A stretch of 64,000 nt of DNA from a virus (IMGVR_UViG_3300021963_008171:10995-74994), one strand, 5' to 3'. Positions 1 to 9,810 are shown, numbered from the stretch's first letter. The notes: generated from the sequence alone by a model not told the origin. A program made the numbers and translations.

Positions 1-2
1 CA

Positions 3-146
3 AAGATATACGATAGACTTCCTGTTCATATAAAAAATAGAGTAATCAAGGAAATATCAGAGAGAAAGAAGGATCCAGAGGCATTTGAAAGATCTGTTCA
101 GAATGTTTCGGATCTAATGCAATCTGGCATATTTGATGATATATAA
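3..146 (+). CDS. 3' end of upstream gene (partial, hypothetical)
   Basis: Frame 3 is open from the window edge to TAA at 144-146 (...SDLMQSGIFDDI*). Confidence 0.35.
   Translation, partial: KIYDRLPVHIKNRVIKEISERKKDPEAFERSVQNVSDLMQSGIFDDI
137..146 (+). promoter_or_regulatory. GATATATAAA (TATAAAT-containing) promoter-like motif upstream of the ATG at 151
   Basis: Same decamer recurs 0-150 nt upstream of ATGs at 3680, 11676, 28500, 29442, 30800, 42934; variants at 22733, 26359, 61206, 2531, 29182. Confidence 0.45.
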
Positions 147-150
147 ATCA

Positions 151-777
151 ATGAAATATCTAAAGAATTTTAAATCCTTATTTGAAAGTGATGATCCTGG
201 ACATTCCGCCAGGGATATCTTTGATATCTGGGAGGTCTACAAGGTACGAGGACCCGGAATAGGCCACACCAGCGAAGAATACTTGAAAAAAATAGATTGG
301 GAGATGGGAGATCATCTAGACACTCCCGACCATCATGTTAAGGTGTATTCAGCAGATGGGTTTCATGAAGACGGCACGGAATTTCAAGCAGAGTATATGG
401 TAATAGATGACAACATTACAGAACTGGATTTGGATAATTTAGAAATTGTTAATTCCGAACGTTTCGAGCAAACGATCTATGATAAAATAGAATCTGATGG
501 ACATATTGTTAAACGCGCAAAAAACTTCAACACGTTAGAGACCTCTGCAGAATGGGACGATATTATTGGGATGTTTAAAAAAGCTTCTGATAATGGATCA
601 AGAACAGATGGAAAAATAACCATCGATGATAAAGAATACGAAACGGACCTAATTCTGTCTTGGGGTATTGTTAAATTGAAAGACGATAAAAAGGAATATT
701 GGTGGAACCCTAATACGAAAATATTATACATTAAATCCAAGCAGGGAGAGGAAATTTGGGCAATCTACAATCGTTGA
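151..777 (+). CDS. hypothetical protein, MK(H/Y)LxxF N-terminal family
   Basis: ORF 133..777; the ATG at 151 directly follows the motif (tgatgatatataaatcaATG), as at 28512. The N-terminus MKYLKNFKSL resembles paralogs at 22746, 28512 and 29463. Confidence 0.5.
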   Translation: MKYLKNFKSLFESDDPGHSARDIFDIWEVYKVRGPGIGHTSEEYLKKIDWEMGDHLDTPDHHVKVYSADGFHEDGTEFQAEYMVIDDNITELDLDNLEIVNSERFEQTIYDKIESDGHIVKRAKNFNTLETSAEWDDIIGMFKKASDNGSRTDGKITIDDKEYETDLILSWGIVKLKDDKKEYWWNPNTKILYIKSKQGEEIWAIYNR

Positions 778-965
778 TTCTCTATCAAATTACTTATCTC
801 TAACATCTTGGATTCATCCATAACAATTTCCTCGTTATCGTCAAAGGCATCTATCGAAAAATGTCCTGAATAAAAATCCTCGGTTAACATAACGGTGTAT
901 GAATTGCCATCATCAGTGGTAACATTATAGGTTAGATCTGTTTGCATTAATAATACTGTTGCCAT
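765..965 (-). CDS. hypothetical small acidic protein
   Basis: 66-aa ORF converging on the 151..777 gene. Only ORF evidence. Confidence 0.3.
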   Translation of the reverse strand: MATVLLMQTDLTYNVTTDDGNSYTVMLTEDFYSGHFSIDAFDDNEEIVMDESKMLEISNLIENQRL

Positions 966-976
966 AGTTCATAAAA

Positions 977-1002
977 AAAGCGACTGGATATCCAATCGCT
1001 TT
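977..1002. terminator. hairpin (AAAGCGA ... GGATATCC ... TCGCTTT) downstream of the 1025..1312 (-) gene
   Basis: 7-bp outer stem plus an inner 8-nt palindrome, followed by a T-rich run. Confidence 0.3.
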
Positions 1003-1024
1003 ATTTCATTTTAGTAGATTTCCA

Positions 1025-1312
1025 CTACTTTTTAGCTTTTTTAGCTTTAGTTGTTTCAGCCTTCGCCGGTGCCTTTTTAGCAGCTGGTTTTTTTGCTGGT
1101 GCTTTTTTGGTAGCTGGTTTTTTAGCAGCCGGTTTTACCTTTTCGATAACAGCTGGTGCTGCTTCTACTGATACAACGGGTTCTTCTGCCTTTACCTCTA
1201 CAACAGGATCAGCTTTAACTGGCTCAGCCTCTTGGTTTTTTGGTTTTTTGCTAATCTTTGTGTAAGCAAAATAAGCTCCCAAAACTAAAATCGCTAGAAA
1301 TAATACTTGCAT
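1025..1312 (-). CDS. membrane-anchored lysine/alanine-rich repeat protein (histone H1-like tail)
   Basis: N-terminal TM segment MQVLFLAILVLGAYFAY, then PAAKKPATKKAPAKKPAAKKAPAK repeats. The DNA carries roughly 18-nt tandem repeats at about 1060-1150. Confidence 0.55.
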   Translation of the reverse strand: MQVLFLAILVLGAYFAYTKISKKPKNQEAEPVKADPVVEVKAEEPVVSVEAAPAVIEKVKPAAKKPATKKAPAKKPAAKKAPAKAETTKAKKAKK

Positions 1313-1419
1313 ATTTTTGGTTATTTGATTTATATATCACTTAATTCTTTCGTTTTTGCATTTTTAATGGGGTCCTGAATCTTTTCAATACATTTGTGAT
1401 AGAATGAAAAAACATTTTT

Positions 1420-2100
1420 ATGAAGATAAAACACCCACTTGTTAAGGGAAAGGTTGAAATGATAAAACCGTTCATTTATTGTGTGGAGGTAAAGGATGAC
1501 TATGATAGAGCAATGCTTTTTTGTAGATACCAAGAATTTTACGAATCTCCTTATAAAAACATCAGGGGTAAGTATTTTAGCTGGGAAACATTTATGAGAA
1601 CATATACAAAAGAAAGGTTATCCGATTTCTTTACGTATCCTTTTGATTGGTCTGGTTATAATATACCATCTAATGTTTTAGAAAAAGGCATAGATACCTT
1701 TTATAAACAGAGCGAGTATGATAAGATAATGAGTGACATTTACTTTTATTGCTCAATAGATTCTCAAAATAAAAACAAAGGGACAAGAACAAAGTGGTAT
1801 TTAATAGGAGCTGATTCTAAAAAATCACAAACTATGAATCACGAAATAGCACATGGACTTTATTATACCAATAAAGAATATAAAAAAAGAATGGATCGGA
1901 TAATATCCGATATGAAGAAATCCAATTTTAAATTTATGAAAAAAGCATTAGTTAAAATGGGATATGCTGATGACGATAAAATTATATTTGATGAGATACA
2001 GGCATTTATGTCAACTGGTTTATATAAAACACTCGATAATGAAGATACAAGATCCTATCAGGACAGCTTCAAGGAGGTCTATAACGAATTTAATATATAA
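1420..2100 (+). CDS. putative zinc metallopeptidase (HExxH)
   Basis: HEIAHGL motif in a 226-aa ORF. The start could be downstream. Confidence 0.45.
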   Translation: MKIKHPLVKGKVEMIKPFIYCVEVKDDYDRAMLFCRYQEFYESPYKNIRGKYFSWETFMRTYTKERLSDFFTYPFDWSGYNIPSNVLEKGIDTFYKQSEYDKIMSDIYFYCSIDSQNKNKGTRTKWYLIGADSKKSQTMNHEIAHGLYYTNKEYKKRMDRIISDMKKSNFKFMKKALVKMGYADDDKIIFDEIQAFMSTGLYKTLDNEDTRSYQDSFKEVYNEFNI

Positions 2101-2103
2101 GGA

Positions 2104-2322
2104 ATGATCCCAAACAAAGAATATCTAGATCAGATAGCAAAAAAATTAGATTCGTTTAATAAGATAAACGGTGTTGATCCAGGAATGCGCAGGGATTTAT
2201 ACAACGATAACTTTGATTTTATGGATCATGCAGGAAAGGCTGCGATTGAATACATGAACAGGAGAAAAGAAGAACCCCAAAATTTTATAGATCCTCTATT
2301 CACGGATCACAATAAATACTAA
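2104..2322 (+). CDS. hypothetical protein
   Basis: 72-aa ORF, tightly packed and co-directional. Confidence 0.35.
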   Translation: MIPNKEYLDQIAKKLDSFNKINGVDPGMRRDLYNDNFDFMDHAGKAAIEYMNRRKEEPQNFIDPLFTDHNKY

Positions 2323-2324
2323 TT

Positions 2325-2531
2325 ATGGATTTAAAAAAACTAGATCAAAAAACATTAAAAAAAGGCATAGCTGATAAGGGATGGAACATTCATCTACCAA
2401 ATCCATTAAAGCCTCAAGAAACCGTTTGGATTCATCAGGATCAAACCGGAATAGACACAAGGCAATACGTTAGAATAATACACTCAGAACCTAATGTTGT
2501 CTCAGTTTTTAGTAAAAGATATTTTGAATAA
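2325..2531 (+). CDS. hypothetical protein
   Basis: 68-aa ORF starting 3 nt after the previous stop. Confidence 0.35.
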   Translation: MDLKKLDQKTLKKGIADKGWNIHLPNPLKPQETVWIHQDQTGIDTRQYVRIIHSEPNVVSVFSKRYFE

Positions 2532-2544
2532 AAATATATAGAGC

Positions 2545-2994
2545 ATGGGATATGAAATTAAGTTAATAGCAGGGGAGATAGGGGCAACTAAGACCTTTAT
2601 TGAGATTGCAAGCGTGGATCTATCCAAGATAGGAAACGGTCCATTAGCTAAGCTCGTTGCATATTCTAAAGGTAAGGAAACACCAGATTTTAGTGATTGG
2701 AAATTTTTAAAGGACGTCAAAGGGTCACATCTAGGAATAGATCCATCCGCCTCTGAGATATTTGACATTGGAATGAATTATAACAACGTTGAGATTTGGG
2801 ACGGTGATGAAAAAATAGGCGAAGATCTTTATGGAGATCCGCTCCCGGCAATCCCGGTTAAGCAGGTACTCGCTGCACTTCATGAGGAATTAAAATCTGA
2901 AAGATATAGAAGATTTGAACTTGCAAAACAGCTTCTCGAAGAACTCTCTACATCCAAATGGGATAACATTTTCGTAGTTCCCTACGGTCACTAG
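2545..2994 (+). CDS. hypothetical protein
   Basis: 149-aa ORF preceded by AAAATATATAGAGCATGG, an 18-mer identical to the one at 29182. Confidence 0.5.
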   Translation: MGYEIKLIAGEIGATKTFIEIASVDLSKIGNGPLAKLVAYSKGKETPDFSDWKFLKDVKGSHLGIDPSASEIFDIGMNYNNVEIWDGDEKIGEDLYGDPLPAIPVKQVLAALHEELKSERYRRFELAKQLLEELSTSKWDNIFVVPYGH

Positions 2995-3035
2995 AAATTT
3001 TGCAAACGGGGAATATATAGAAAAAAACCCCGATT

Positions 3036-3164
3036 ATGGCAAAGGCAAAAGGAGCATCAAGCAGCCAAAAAATTACTTTTGGTAAAAGAAGAAACGGCAA
3101 GGCTAAGAAAACCCACAATAAACACGACCGCAAGGAAAGAAACTACAGAGGTCAAGGCAGATAG
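3036..3164 (+). CDS. small basic protein (42 aa; MAKAKGASSSQKITFGKRRNGKAKKTHNKHDRKERNYRGQGR)
   Basis: Codon-by-codon read. Preceded by gaatatatag and absent from the ORF track (<60 aa). The antisense ORF 2948..3133 is likely spurious. Confidence 0.3.
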   Translation: MAKAKGASSSQKITFGKRRNGKAKKTHNKHDRKERNYRGQGR

Positions 3165-3218
3165 TCTCATTTTAGTTTTACGTAAAATAGTATTACCTTT
3201 ATATTCAAAAATAAAGGT

Positions 3219-3632
3219 ATGAATAAAACGTTGACTATAGTTAGGGGTTTACCCGGATCTGGTAAATCTACATTTGCAAATTTTATCTGGAATGATTACG
3301 CTATTTGTGAGGCTGATAAGTTCTTCTATGATAGCGAGGGACATTATCTTTTTGATCCATCTAAGCTAAAGGAAGCTCACAAGTGGTGCCAGGAAGAAGT
3401 TGAGAAAAGAATGCAGGAGAATCAAAACAATCCCCAATATTATCCAGAAATAGTTGTTTCTAATACATTCACACAGGAATGGGAAATGCAAGCATATTTC
3501 GATCTAGCAAAGAAGTACGATTACAAAGTATTTTCGATAATAGTTGAGAATAGGCACGGAAACACTAATATACACGGGGTACCTGACGATACACTCAAAA
3601 AAATGAGGGACCGATTTCACATATCATTATAA
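3219..3632 (+). CDS. P-loop NTPase/kinase (AAA_33 / polynucleotide-kinase-like)
   Basis: Walker A motif GLPGSGKST near the N-terminus; 137 aa. Confidence 0.55.
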   Translation: MNKTLTIVRGLPGSGKSTFANFIWNDYAICEADKFFYDSEGHYLFDPSKLKEAHKWCQEEVEKRMQENQNNPQYYPEIVVSNTFTQEWEMQAYFDLAKKYDYKVFSIIVENRHGNTNIHGVPDDTLKKMRDRFHISL

Positions 3633-3679
3633 ATTAATATTTAATATTTTTATCAGGGGGGATTTTTGTCTTTCAGTCG

Positions 3680-3710
3680 GATATATAAACTGAAAAAATC
3701 CTCATTCCGT
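3680..3710 (+). repeat. conserved leader element GATATATAAAC-TGAAAAAATCCTCATTCCGT (copy 1)
   Basis: The 20-mer TGAAAAAATCCTCATTCCGT is identical to 11688-11707. Hairpins follow: CGTGAAAAAAG/CTTTTTACACG at 3708-3738 and AGTCTTTC/GAAAGACT at 3748-3790. Confidence 0.6.
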
Positions 3711-3837
3711 GAAAAAAGATACGACCTTTTTACACGAAGATAGTTACAGTCTTTCAGGACAGGGAAACACGAAGCCCTATCAGAAAGACTTTATATTTGT
3801 CCCTCTCCTGGGATAGTGTGGATTTTTTCCAATTTAA

Positions 3838-4353
3838 TTGGAAAAAATGACAAAGACACTTAAAATCCTATTTATAGCAATTTTTGCTATGGCATTTTCC
3901 TTTCAATCTTTCGGACAAGGAAAATCTGTTCTCATAGGGGAAATCACTAACAAAATTCAAATTGGAAATCTAGCAGGATCTAGGCCATTAACTTTTGGCT
4001 TTAGAAATCTATTGGAGGAATACCTTCAAGAAAACGATTTTGACATCGTAGAAGACGAGACTAAATTTGATTACAAGGTCAACATAGATCTTCTTTTCTT
4101 TGATGTTGAGACCACAAAGTCTAGCGTTGCAATATTCCACAAAAACAATGCAGAGACAGTACTAAAAATAAAGGCATATCTTTTAGATAATAAGGGGAAG
4201 AAAATAAAAGAATGTTTAATAACAGAAAAAGCTTCCGAGATTTCAACATCAACTTTAATAGTTGACGAGGGCGGAAAAATGAATCAACAATCGGTTTCTA
4301 CAGTTATTAAAAAGGTGTGCGGAACAGCAATAAAACAATTATTAACACAATGA
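3838..4353 (+). CDS. secreted protein (signal peptide)
   Basis: N-terminal hydrophobic segment ending ...QSFGQG; 171 aa. Confidence 0.5.
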   Translation: MEKMTKTLKILFIAIFAMAFSFQSFGQGKSVLIGEITNKIQIGNLAGSRPLTFGFRNLLEEYLQENDFDIVEDETKFDYKVNIDLLFFDVETTKSSVAIFHKNNAETVLKIKAYLLDNKGKKIKECLITEKASEISTSTLIVDEGGKMNQQSVSTVIKKVCGTAIKQLLTQ

Positions 4354-6005
4354 AAAAACTAATTTTATTATCAGTATTTTTTCTCCTGTTTGGATTCTCA
4401 GGATTTGCACAATTGACGATTAGTCAATCCCTAACACCTACCTCGGGTTTAAAGGTTGGTGACACGATTACAGTTAGATATAATTTAACGAAAGGAACAG
4501 TGATTAAGAATCCTCGTTATCTTTGGTTTAGATATCAGTTTAACAACAAAGCTCTGACTTATGTTTCAACTGCTTTCAATCAAGGATCATCTTCTCAAAC
4601 ATTCTATACAGGTTGGAGCAATTATAAGTTTACGCCAAACGGCGGAGCAAGTGACAATGATCTGGATGTCCAGTATGGTTTAACCCCTTGGAACTACGCA
4701 GTTAATTCTGATTGGAATGTTGGTCAATTAGCGGTTCAAAGAGCAGACCAATCTATTAATGGGTTAATCGCAACACAAAAGTACATTTTGAAGGATCAAA
4801 ATACCTACAACAATATCTTTAAAATAGATTTAGCATCAGGTACGGATACAACAGGTGCAAATGTTGGAACTATTTACGGCGGGGGTTGGTCTTCTATATC
4901 CGGTGTAACTGGTAACACTTCACAATTCAAGGTGAAAGTACTATTCCCTCAGGGATATGCAATCTCTGACCATAATGTTCAATTAATGAAATTAAAATCA
5001 GACGGTAGCGGAGATATCGATTGGTCACAACAGCCTATTGCTCAATTACCTCTAGATGCTACTGGAGAGGCTCTTTTCACAACGCAGGTTAAAGTTGGTG
5101 ATAGCGTTGGTGTGTTTGTATCACCAGCATCCCAAAAATCTTGGATGAATAATGTGATCACGGTTTCTGATGCTTATAAGGCATTTTTAGGACACACACA
5201 AACTGATATCGGCGGAACTGCAAACTTTTTCACTTATCCAGTTTTGGAGAAAAAGGTAGGAAATGTTACTAAAAACGATGCAACGTTTAACGAAGCGGAT
5301 TCTTATAATTTATTCGCTTATGTAATGGGACAAGACGTGTCAGCAAACGCATTCATTCCTACAAGCACTGTGACATCTTGGAGATGGTATAGCGGTTTAT
5401 TAAATCAAAGTTGGTTAGACGGAGTTATTAAGAATAGGGTATTAATTGATACACCTATCAAAGAGGTTTATGCTGTATATGCTTGGGGAGGTGATTTAAA
5501 CTGGTCTCACTCATCAGATCCTGCAGTGATTGCAAGTAGAATATCAGCTGGACAGTATACGAATTCTGTAAATTCAATTCAGACAAACTCTGTTAAATCA
5601 ATGAGTAGTGTTTCCATGGCTTACAGAACAGAAGCAGTTGAAACTGCTAAGCTAAGCGTAACATCAACTTTAGAAAATGGCAAGGTTATTTTAACAACAA
5701 CTTTAACTAAAGCAGAACTAGCAGGTTTACAAGTTGTTATGAACTATGACGAAAGCAAATTAACATTGGATAACGTGGTGTTCGATGCAGGTTCTACTAT
5801 AACGAACTTCTCAACCCACGATGGTGGTAGATTAACATTTGGTTCTATAGATCAATTAAAAACAGCAAGAATTAAAACTGGTACACCTTATAAATTAATC
5901 TTCACACCAAAGGTAGCATTATCAAACACTGCGGGATTATTCTACTTTGTACTATCAGACGCAGTTGACGGCAAAGGAAATAAAATCGACCTAATAGTTG
6001 AATAA
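4350..6005 (+). CDS. secreted large protein with shared C-terminal domain
   Basis: Signal peptide MKKLILLSVFFLLFGFSGFAQ (ATG at 4350, in frame with the 4317 ORF). The C-terminal ~100 aa are homologous to the C-terminus of the 6007..8301 protein. Confidence 0.6.
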   Translation: MKKLILLSVFFLLFGFSGFAQLTISQSLTPTSGLKVGDTITVRYNLTKGTVIKNPRYLWFRYQFNNKALTYVSTAFNQGSSSQTFYTGWSNYKFTPNGGASDNDLDVQYGLTPWNYAVNSDWNVGQLAVQRADQSINGLIATQKYILKDQNTYNNIFKIDLASGTDTTGANVGTIYGGGWSSISGVTGNTSQFKVKVLFPQGYAISDHNVQLMKLKSDGSGDIDWSQQPIAQLPLDATGEALFTTQVKVGDSVGVFVSPASQKSWMNNVITVSDAYKAFLGHTQTDIGGTANFFTYPVLEKKVGNVTKNDATFNEADSYNLFAYVMGQDVSANAFIPTSTVTSWRWYSGLLNQSWLDGVIKNRVLIDTPIKEVYAVYAWGGDLNWSHSSDPAVIASRISAGQYTNSVNSIQTNSVKSMSSVSMAYRTEAVETAKLSVTSTLENGKVILTTTLTKAELAGLQVVMNYDESKLTLDNVVFDAGSTITNFSTHDGGRLTFGSIDQLKTARIKTGTPYKLIFTPKVALSNTAGLFYFVLSDAVDGKGNKIDLIVE

Positions 6006-6006
6006 T

Positions 6007-8301
6007 ATGAGATTTTTATTATTTATATTATTTTCTCTAATATCATTTTTAGGGTTCGGACAGAGTGTATCTGCTCCGGACTCTAAATCGTTTATACCAT
6101 CCACAACCGGCCAAGATGGGAGTGGATTCCAATTAAGTGGATTTAGTGCAACATCTACTTTATTAGCATCAATCAGTTTAATCAATCCATCAACAAATAC
6201 TACATTTTACCTTAACGATACACGAGGATTAATTGCCGCAAGTGGATTTACTTTAACGGGTAATAAAACTCGTTTAGTGGTATTGGGAACAATGTCAGAT
6301 ATTAATACTGCATTGGTATCTTTAAAAGTTAATACAGGTTCTGTAGTTGGTAATGTTCAATTATCGGTAGCGGCAACTGTAAACCCTGTTGGATTCTTTT
6401 ACAATGGAGTTAATGGACATTTTTACAAACCCATAACCGCAACCAATGAAAGAACTTCATACACACTTGCAAGAAGTAGGTCATTGCTAACTACATTCAA
6501 AGGACAGACAGGCTATTTGGTAACAATAACATCGGCTTCCGAAGATGCATTTATATTCGCAAATGTTCCTGCAACTAATGTATGGTTTGCTGCAACAGAT
6601 GAAATAAAAGATGGAACTTGGGTAATTGATGCTGGTCCTGAAAAAGGTACTGTGATGAAAACCTCAAATGGACAAACTAATGGAAACATTCCTGGCGTAT
6701 ATAACAACTGGGCACAAGGTGAACCAAATGGTAGTAATGGTAGTGAGAACTATGCAGTGGCAAAGTGGAATGGTGCTGCAAATTGGAACGATTTATCAAA
6801 CAATTGGAGTAATCCTTATGTAATTGAATACGGAACTTGGACTAACCCTGATGATGCAACATTTACTGAATTCTATACTAATAGTGTAACTCACTCAAAT
6901 GGGGAAGTATTGAGAGCAGCATTCAATGTTGATTTCGGAACTAATGTAGATGAAACAAAATTTTCAGCAAAAGCAAATACGTATGTAAATAATTTATGGG
7001 GTACAACAACTAACACATCAAGATCAATTAGTGGATTAGGTAAAGTAGATGTTACAAATGATTTGGATACTGTAAAGATTCAAAACGGAGGATACGTGGG
7101 TTCAATAGTAGGAGGGCAGGTAGAATGGTCTTATGTTAATTTTTATAACGGAGCAACCACACTTTACATTGACATGAGAAAGTTTGGTGCGATCGGTGCA
7201 AATTCTGTATCACACATTACACTCTTAGATGTATACAGTGGACCTGTTACCTTTTTAGGAAATGATGCAACCTGGGCAAGATATACGATACCCTCGACCC
7301 TTCCGAAAGTAACAAACGGAACGTCAACAAATTCACAATATATTCGCAACGCTGGATACGGAGATTATGCATTTATGTGTGAGATTTCATTTGAACTTAA
7401 TCGTGAATATAAACAACACGGAATAGAATTATCGTATACTAATCAAACAGATTTGAACACCCTGTATAATAGTATCGTTACTGTATCTGATGTGTTTATA
7501 GCATTTAAAGAATTATCAAATGGCGGGATATTTGGGGATCAAAGCGGATTGGAATTTACCAACGGTATTCAATTTATGAACGCAGATGTGGACGGTAATG
7601 GATTATTCAATGAATCCGACACGTATAAATTATTACAGCACCTAACTGGAGTTCAGCCATTAACACAAAATCCATTATTAACATTCTTGATGAAGCTTTA
7701 TAGCAAATCTGATTATGATGCAATTACAAAATCAAATTGGAACACAAGATTTAATTCTACGAGAAGTCTATTTCCATTTAGTTTAAATACGGGTACCCTT
7801 AATAACACATACAATGTGAACGTAACCTGGATAGGTGACGTAAACCTTTCTCATTCGGCACAACAAACTGCAAGCGGTGTTGCAACCAATTCATATAGAA
7901 GCATGAGCCTAATGACTAATACAACCACTAATGAAATAAATGCATCAATCATGGGTGAAAATGTTGGAGGTAAGGTTATAGTAACGATATCAGTAGACCC
8001 ATTACAGCAAGAATTAGTAGGAACCCAATTCCAGTTGAATTATGATAATACCTCGTTGGAATTTCAAAAAGTAGATTTTATAACAAAAGGTAATCCAACA
8101 AATTTTGGAACAGATAAAGGATCTTATATCACATTGGGATCATTAATCACTGATGGATCAACAATATTAGACAAAACAACAGAATATAAAATAACATTCG
8201 TACCAAAAATTGGATTAACTGGAACATTAGGGTTAACTTCTGTTTCAGCAACAGATGCTGTTAATAAAGCAGGAACTCAATTAAAAGTAAAATTAAACTA
8301 A
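6007..8301 (+). CDS. secreted C-type lectin domain protein (EPN/WND motifs)
   Basis: Signal peptide ending FGQ. The CRD-like segment has NWAQGEPNGSNGSENYAV and NWNDLSNNWSNPYVIEYG. C-terminal domain is shared with the previous gene. Confidence 0.6.
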   Translation: MRFLLFILFSLISFLGFGQSVSAPDSKSFIPSTTGQDGSGFQLSGFSATSTLLASISLINPSTNTTFYLNDTRGLIAASGFTLTGNKTRLVVLGTMSDINTALVSLKVNTGSVVGNVQLSVAATVNPVGFFYNGVNGHFYKPITATNERTSYTLARSRSLLTTFKGQTGYLVTITSASEDAFIFANVPATNVWFAATDEIKDGTWVIDAGPEKGTVMKTSNGQTNGNIPGVYNNWAQGEPNGSNGSENYAVAKWNGAANWNDLSNNWSNPYVIEYGTWTNPDDATFTEFYTNSVTHSNGEVLRAAFNVDFGTNVDETKFSAKANTYVNNLWGTTTNTSRSISGLGKVDVTNDLDTVKIQNGGYVGSIVGGQVEWSYVNFYNGATTLYIDMRKFGAIGANSVSHITLLDVYSGPVTFLGNDATWARYTIPSTLPKVTNGTSTNSQYIRNAGYGDYAFMCEISFELNREYKQHGIELSYTNQTDLNTLYNSIVTVSDVFIAFKELSNGGIFGDQSGLEFTNGIQFMNADVDGNGLFNESDTYKLLQHLTGVQPLTQNPLLTFLMKLYSKSDYDAITKSNWNTRFNSTRSLFPFSLNTGTLNNTYNVNVTWIGDVNLSHSAQQTASGVATNSYRSMSLMTNTTTNEINASIMGENVGGKVIVTISVDPLQQELVGTQFQLNYDNTSLEFQKVDFITKGNPTNFGTDKGSYITLGSLITDGSTILDKTTEYKITFVPKIGLTGTLGLTSVSATDAVNKAGTQLKVKLN

Positions 8302-9194
8302 TGAAAAGGATAACAATCATATTAATCTTACTTTTCATAGGGGTTTATTCTAAAGCACAAATTGTAAAACCTGATACGTTACAGCTTTCACCTAAAGAAT
8401 TGTTTGGTGAGAGTGATGATTGGAATGATATAGGTATATTACAATCCTATATTGATTTTTCAAAAGACGTTCTTTCATCCTCAAATCTATCTGTTGGTAT
8501 AATCGGAAAACAGGTGTCAAGTACTTTAAATCTGGGATACAGTAAATGGTCTAATAATGGAGTATGGGGACACTCATTTTCCACATCAATAAATCCGATA
8601 TGGAATTATTATGGTGTTGGTTATGGATTTAGTAGAAATACTGATAAGAGAACAACAACATTACAAACATTCTATTCAACTGATTTTGATTTTCAAAAAG
8701 ATATCAGTATTTCATTTATAGATGTTTTCAGGACAAAAAAGTTTGGGACATTTGGGTATAGCTTAATTGCATCAAAAACATTTTGGGGAACATATGAAGG
8801 AGCATGGGAAGGAAAATACACAGTTGATGCGAATGGTAATTTTTTGGATTTGATTTACCCACAAATGCCGGCATCATCCGAAATGATTTATAAAGGAATG
8901 TTAATGTACACATATACAATCAAAACAAAGAGAGTTAATATATCCCCACAAATATTTGCTATGAGCGACATCTATAAAGATTTTAAGGATGGTACCTCTT
9001 CGGATTTAGCATATCTTGATGATTTCAATTTGGATTTATATTATGGTACATCATTCGATTGGAAAATAACTAAAAGATTTGTTTTAAACACTAATATTAG
9101 ATTCAACAAAACGTGGGATAAATTAAGCGAGTCTGTTGGATATAAAAAAAGTAATCCAATAATGTTTATGATAGGAACAAACTTTCAATTTTAA
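8301..9194 (+). CDS. outer-membrane beta-barrel protein
   Basis: Signal peptide ending ...SKAQ and an alternating amphipathic pattern. The C-terminus ...MFMIGTNFQF ends in Phe. Confidence 0.5.
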   Translation: MKRITIILILLFIGVYSKAQIVKPDTLQLSPKELFGESDDWNDIGILQSYIDFSKDVLSSSNLSVGIIGKQVSSTLNLGYSKWSNNGVWGHSFSTSINPIWNYYGVGYGFSRNTDKRTTTLQTFYSTDFDFQKDISISFIDVFRTKKFGTFGYSLIASKTFWGTYEGAWEGKYTVDANGNFLDLIYPQMPASSEMIYKGMLMYTYTIKTKRVNISPQIFAMSDIYKDFKDGTSSDLAYLDDFNLDLYYGTSFDWKITKRFVLNTNIRFNKTWDKLSESVGYKKSNPIMFMIGTNFQF

Positions 9195-9197
9195 AAG

Positions 9198-9455
9198 ATG
9201 AAAAAAATATTAATTATATCATTTTTATTCTTAACAATATCATCTTGTACTAGTTACAAGATTAGGGTAATACAGTATGATGGAACTGGATATTCGTTGT
9301 ATTTGCCAATGAAAAAACACGGATTGGATAAATGGTACGATGATAACATTGTGTACTATTCTGAAGAGATGGCAAGGTTTAAAATTAAAAAATGGAAGAG
9401 TGAGGAATATCATTCGGATCCGTGGAAAAAACCAAAATACATTAAAATAAATTAA
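9198..9455 (+). CDS. small lipoprotein
   Basis: Lipobox LTISSC. Confidence 0.5.
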   Translation: MKKILIISFLFLTISSCTSYKIRVIQYDGTGYSLYLPMKKHGLDKWYDDNIVYYSEEMARFKIKKWKSEEYHSDPWKKPKYIKIN

Positions 9456-9799
9456 TGAAAAAGATATTATTCATATTTCTGATTTTACTGTATGGATGTA
9501 CTAAACCGGAGTTACCAACACCGGCACCGCCAGTCGAAAAAATATTTGATGTTGGGGAGAGTAGTGTTACCAATGGACAATCTTTGTATTTTGATTTACC
9601 ATCACCTGGAGTTTATATTTTATCCTTAATTGATAAAGAGACAAACCAAGTAATAAGCAGAGAAAAATTCGTGGGTCAGATTGGGGAGAATTCAAGAAAG
9701 ATCTATACCAATTCTATAAAATCACAAACGCTATATCTATTGTTGTCAGATTCTTCTAAAAACGAGATGAAAAGAACAACTATATTAATAAGAAAATAA
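9455..9799 (+). CDS. small lipoprotein
   Basis: Lipobox LLYGC; start overlaps the previous stop. Confidence 0.5.
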   Translation: MKKILFIFLILLYGCTKPELPTPAPPVEKIFDVGESSVTNGQSLYFDLPSPGVYILSLIDKETNQVISREKFVGQIGENSRKIYTNSIKSQTLYLLLSDSSKNEMKRTTILIRK

Positions 9800-9810
9800 A
9801 ATAAAAAGAA

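Noticed and set aside
133-150. Upstream ATGs at 133/136 as the start of the first gene
   Set aside because: They lie inside the GATGATATATAAA promoter-like motif. The ATG at 151 matches the motif-to-ATG spacing seen at 28512 and the MKxLxxF N-terminal family.
1330-1533. 67-aa minus ORF overlapping the start of 1420..2100
   Set aside because: It overlaps a better-supported plus gene and has an AT-rich odd composition; likely spurious.
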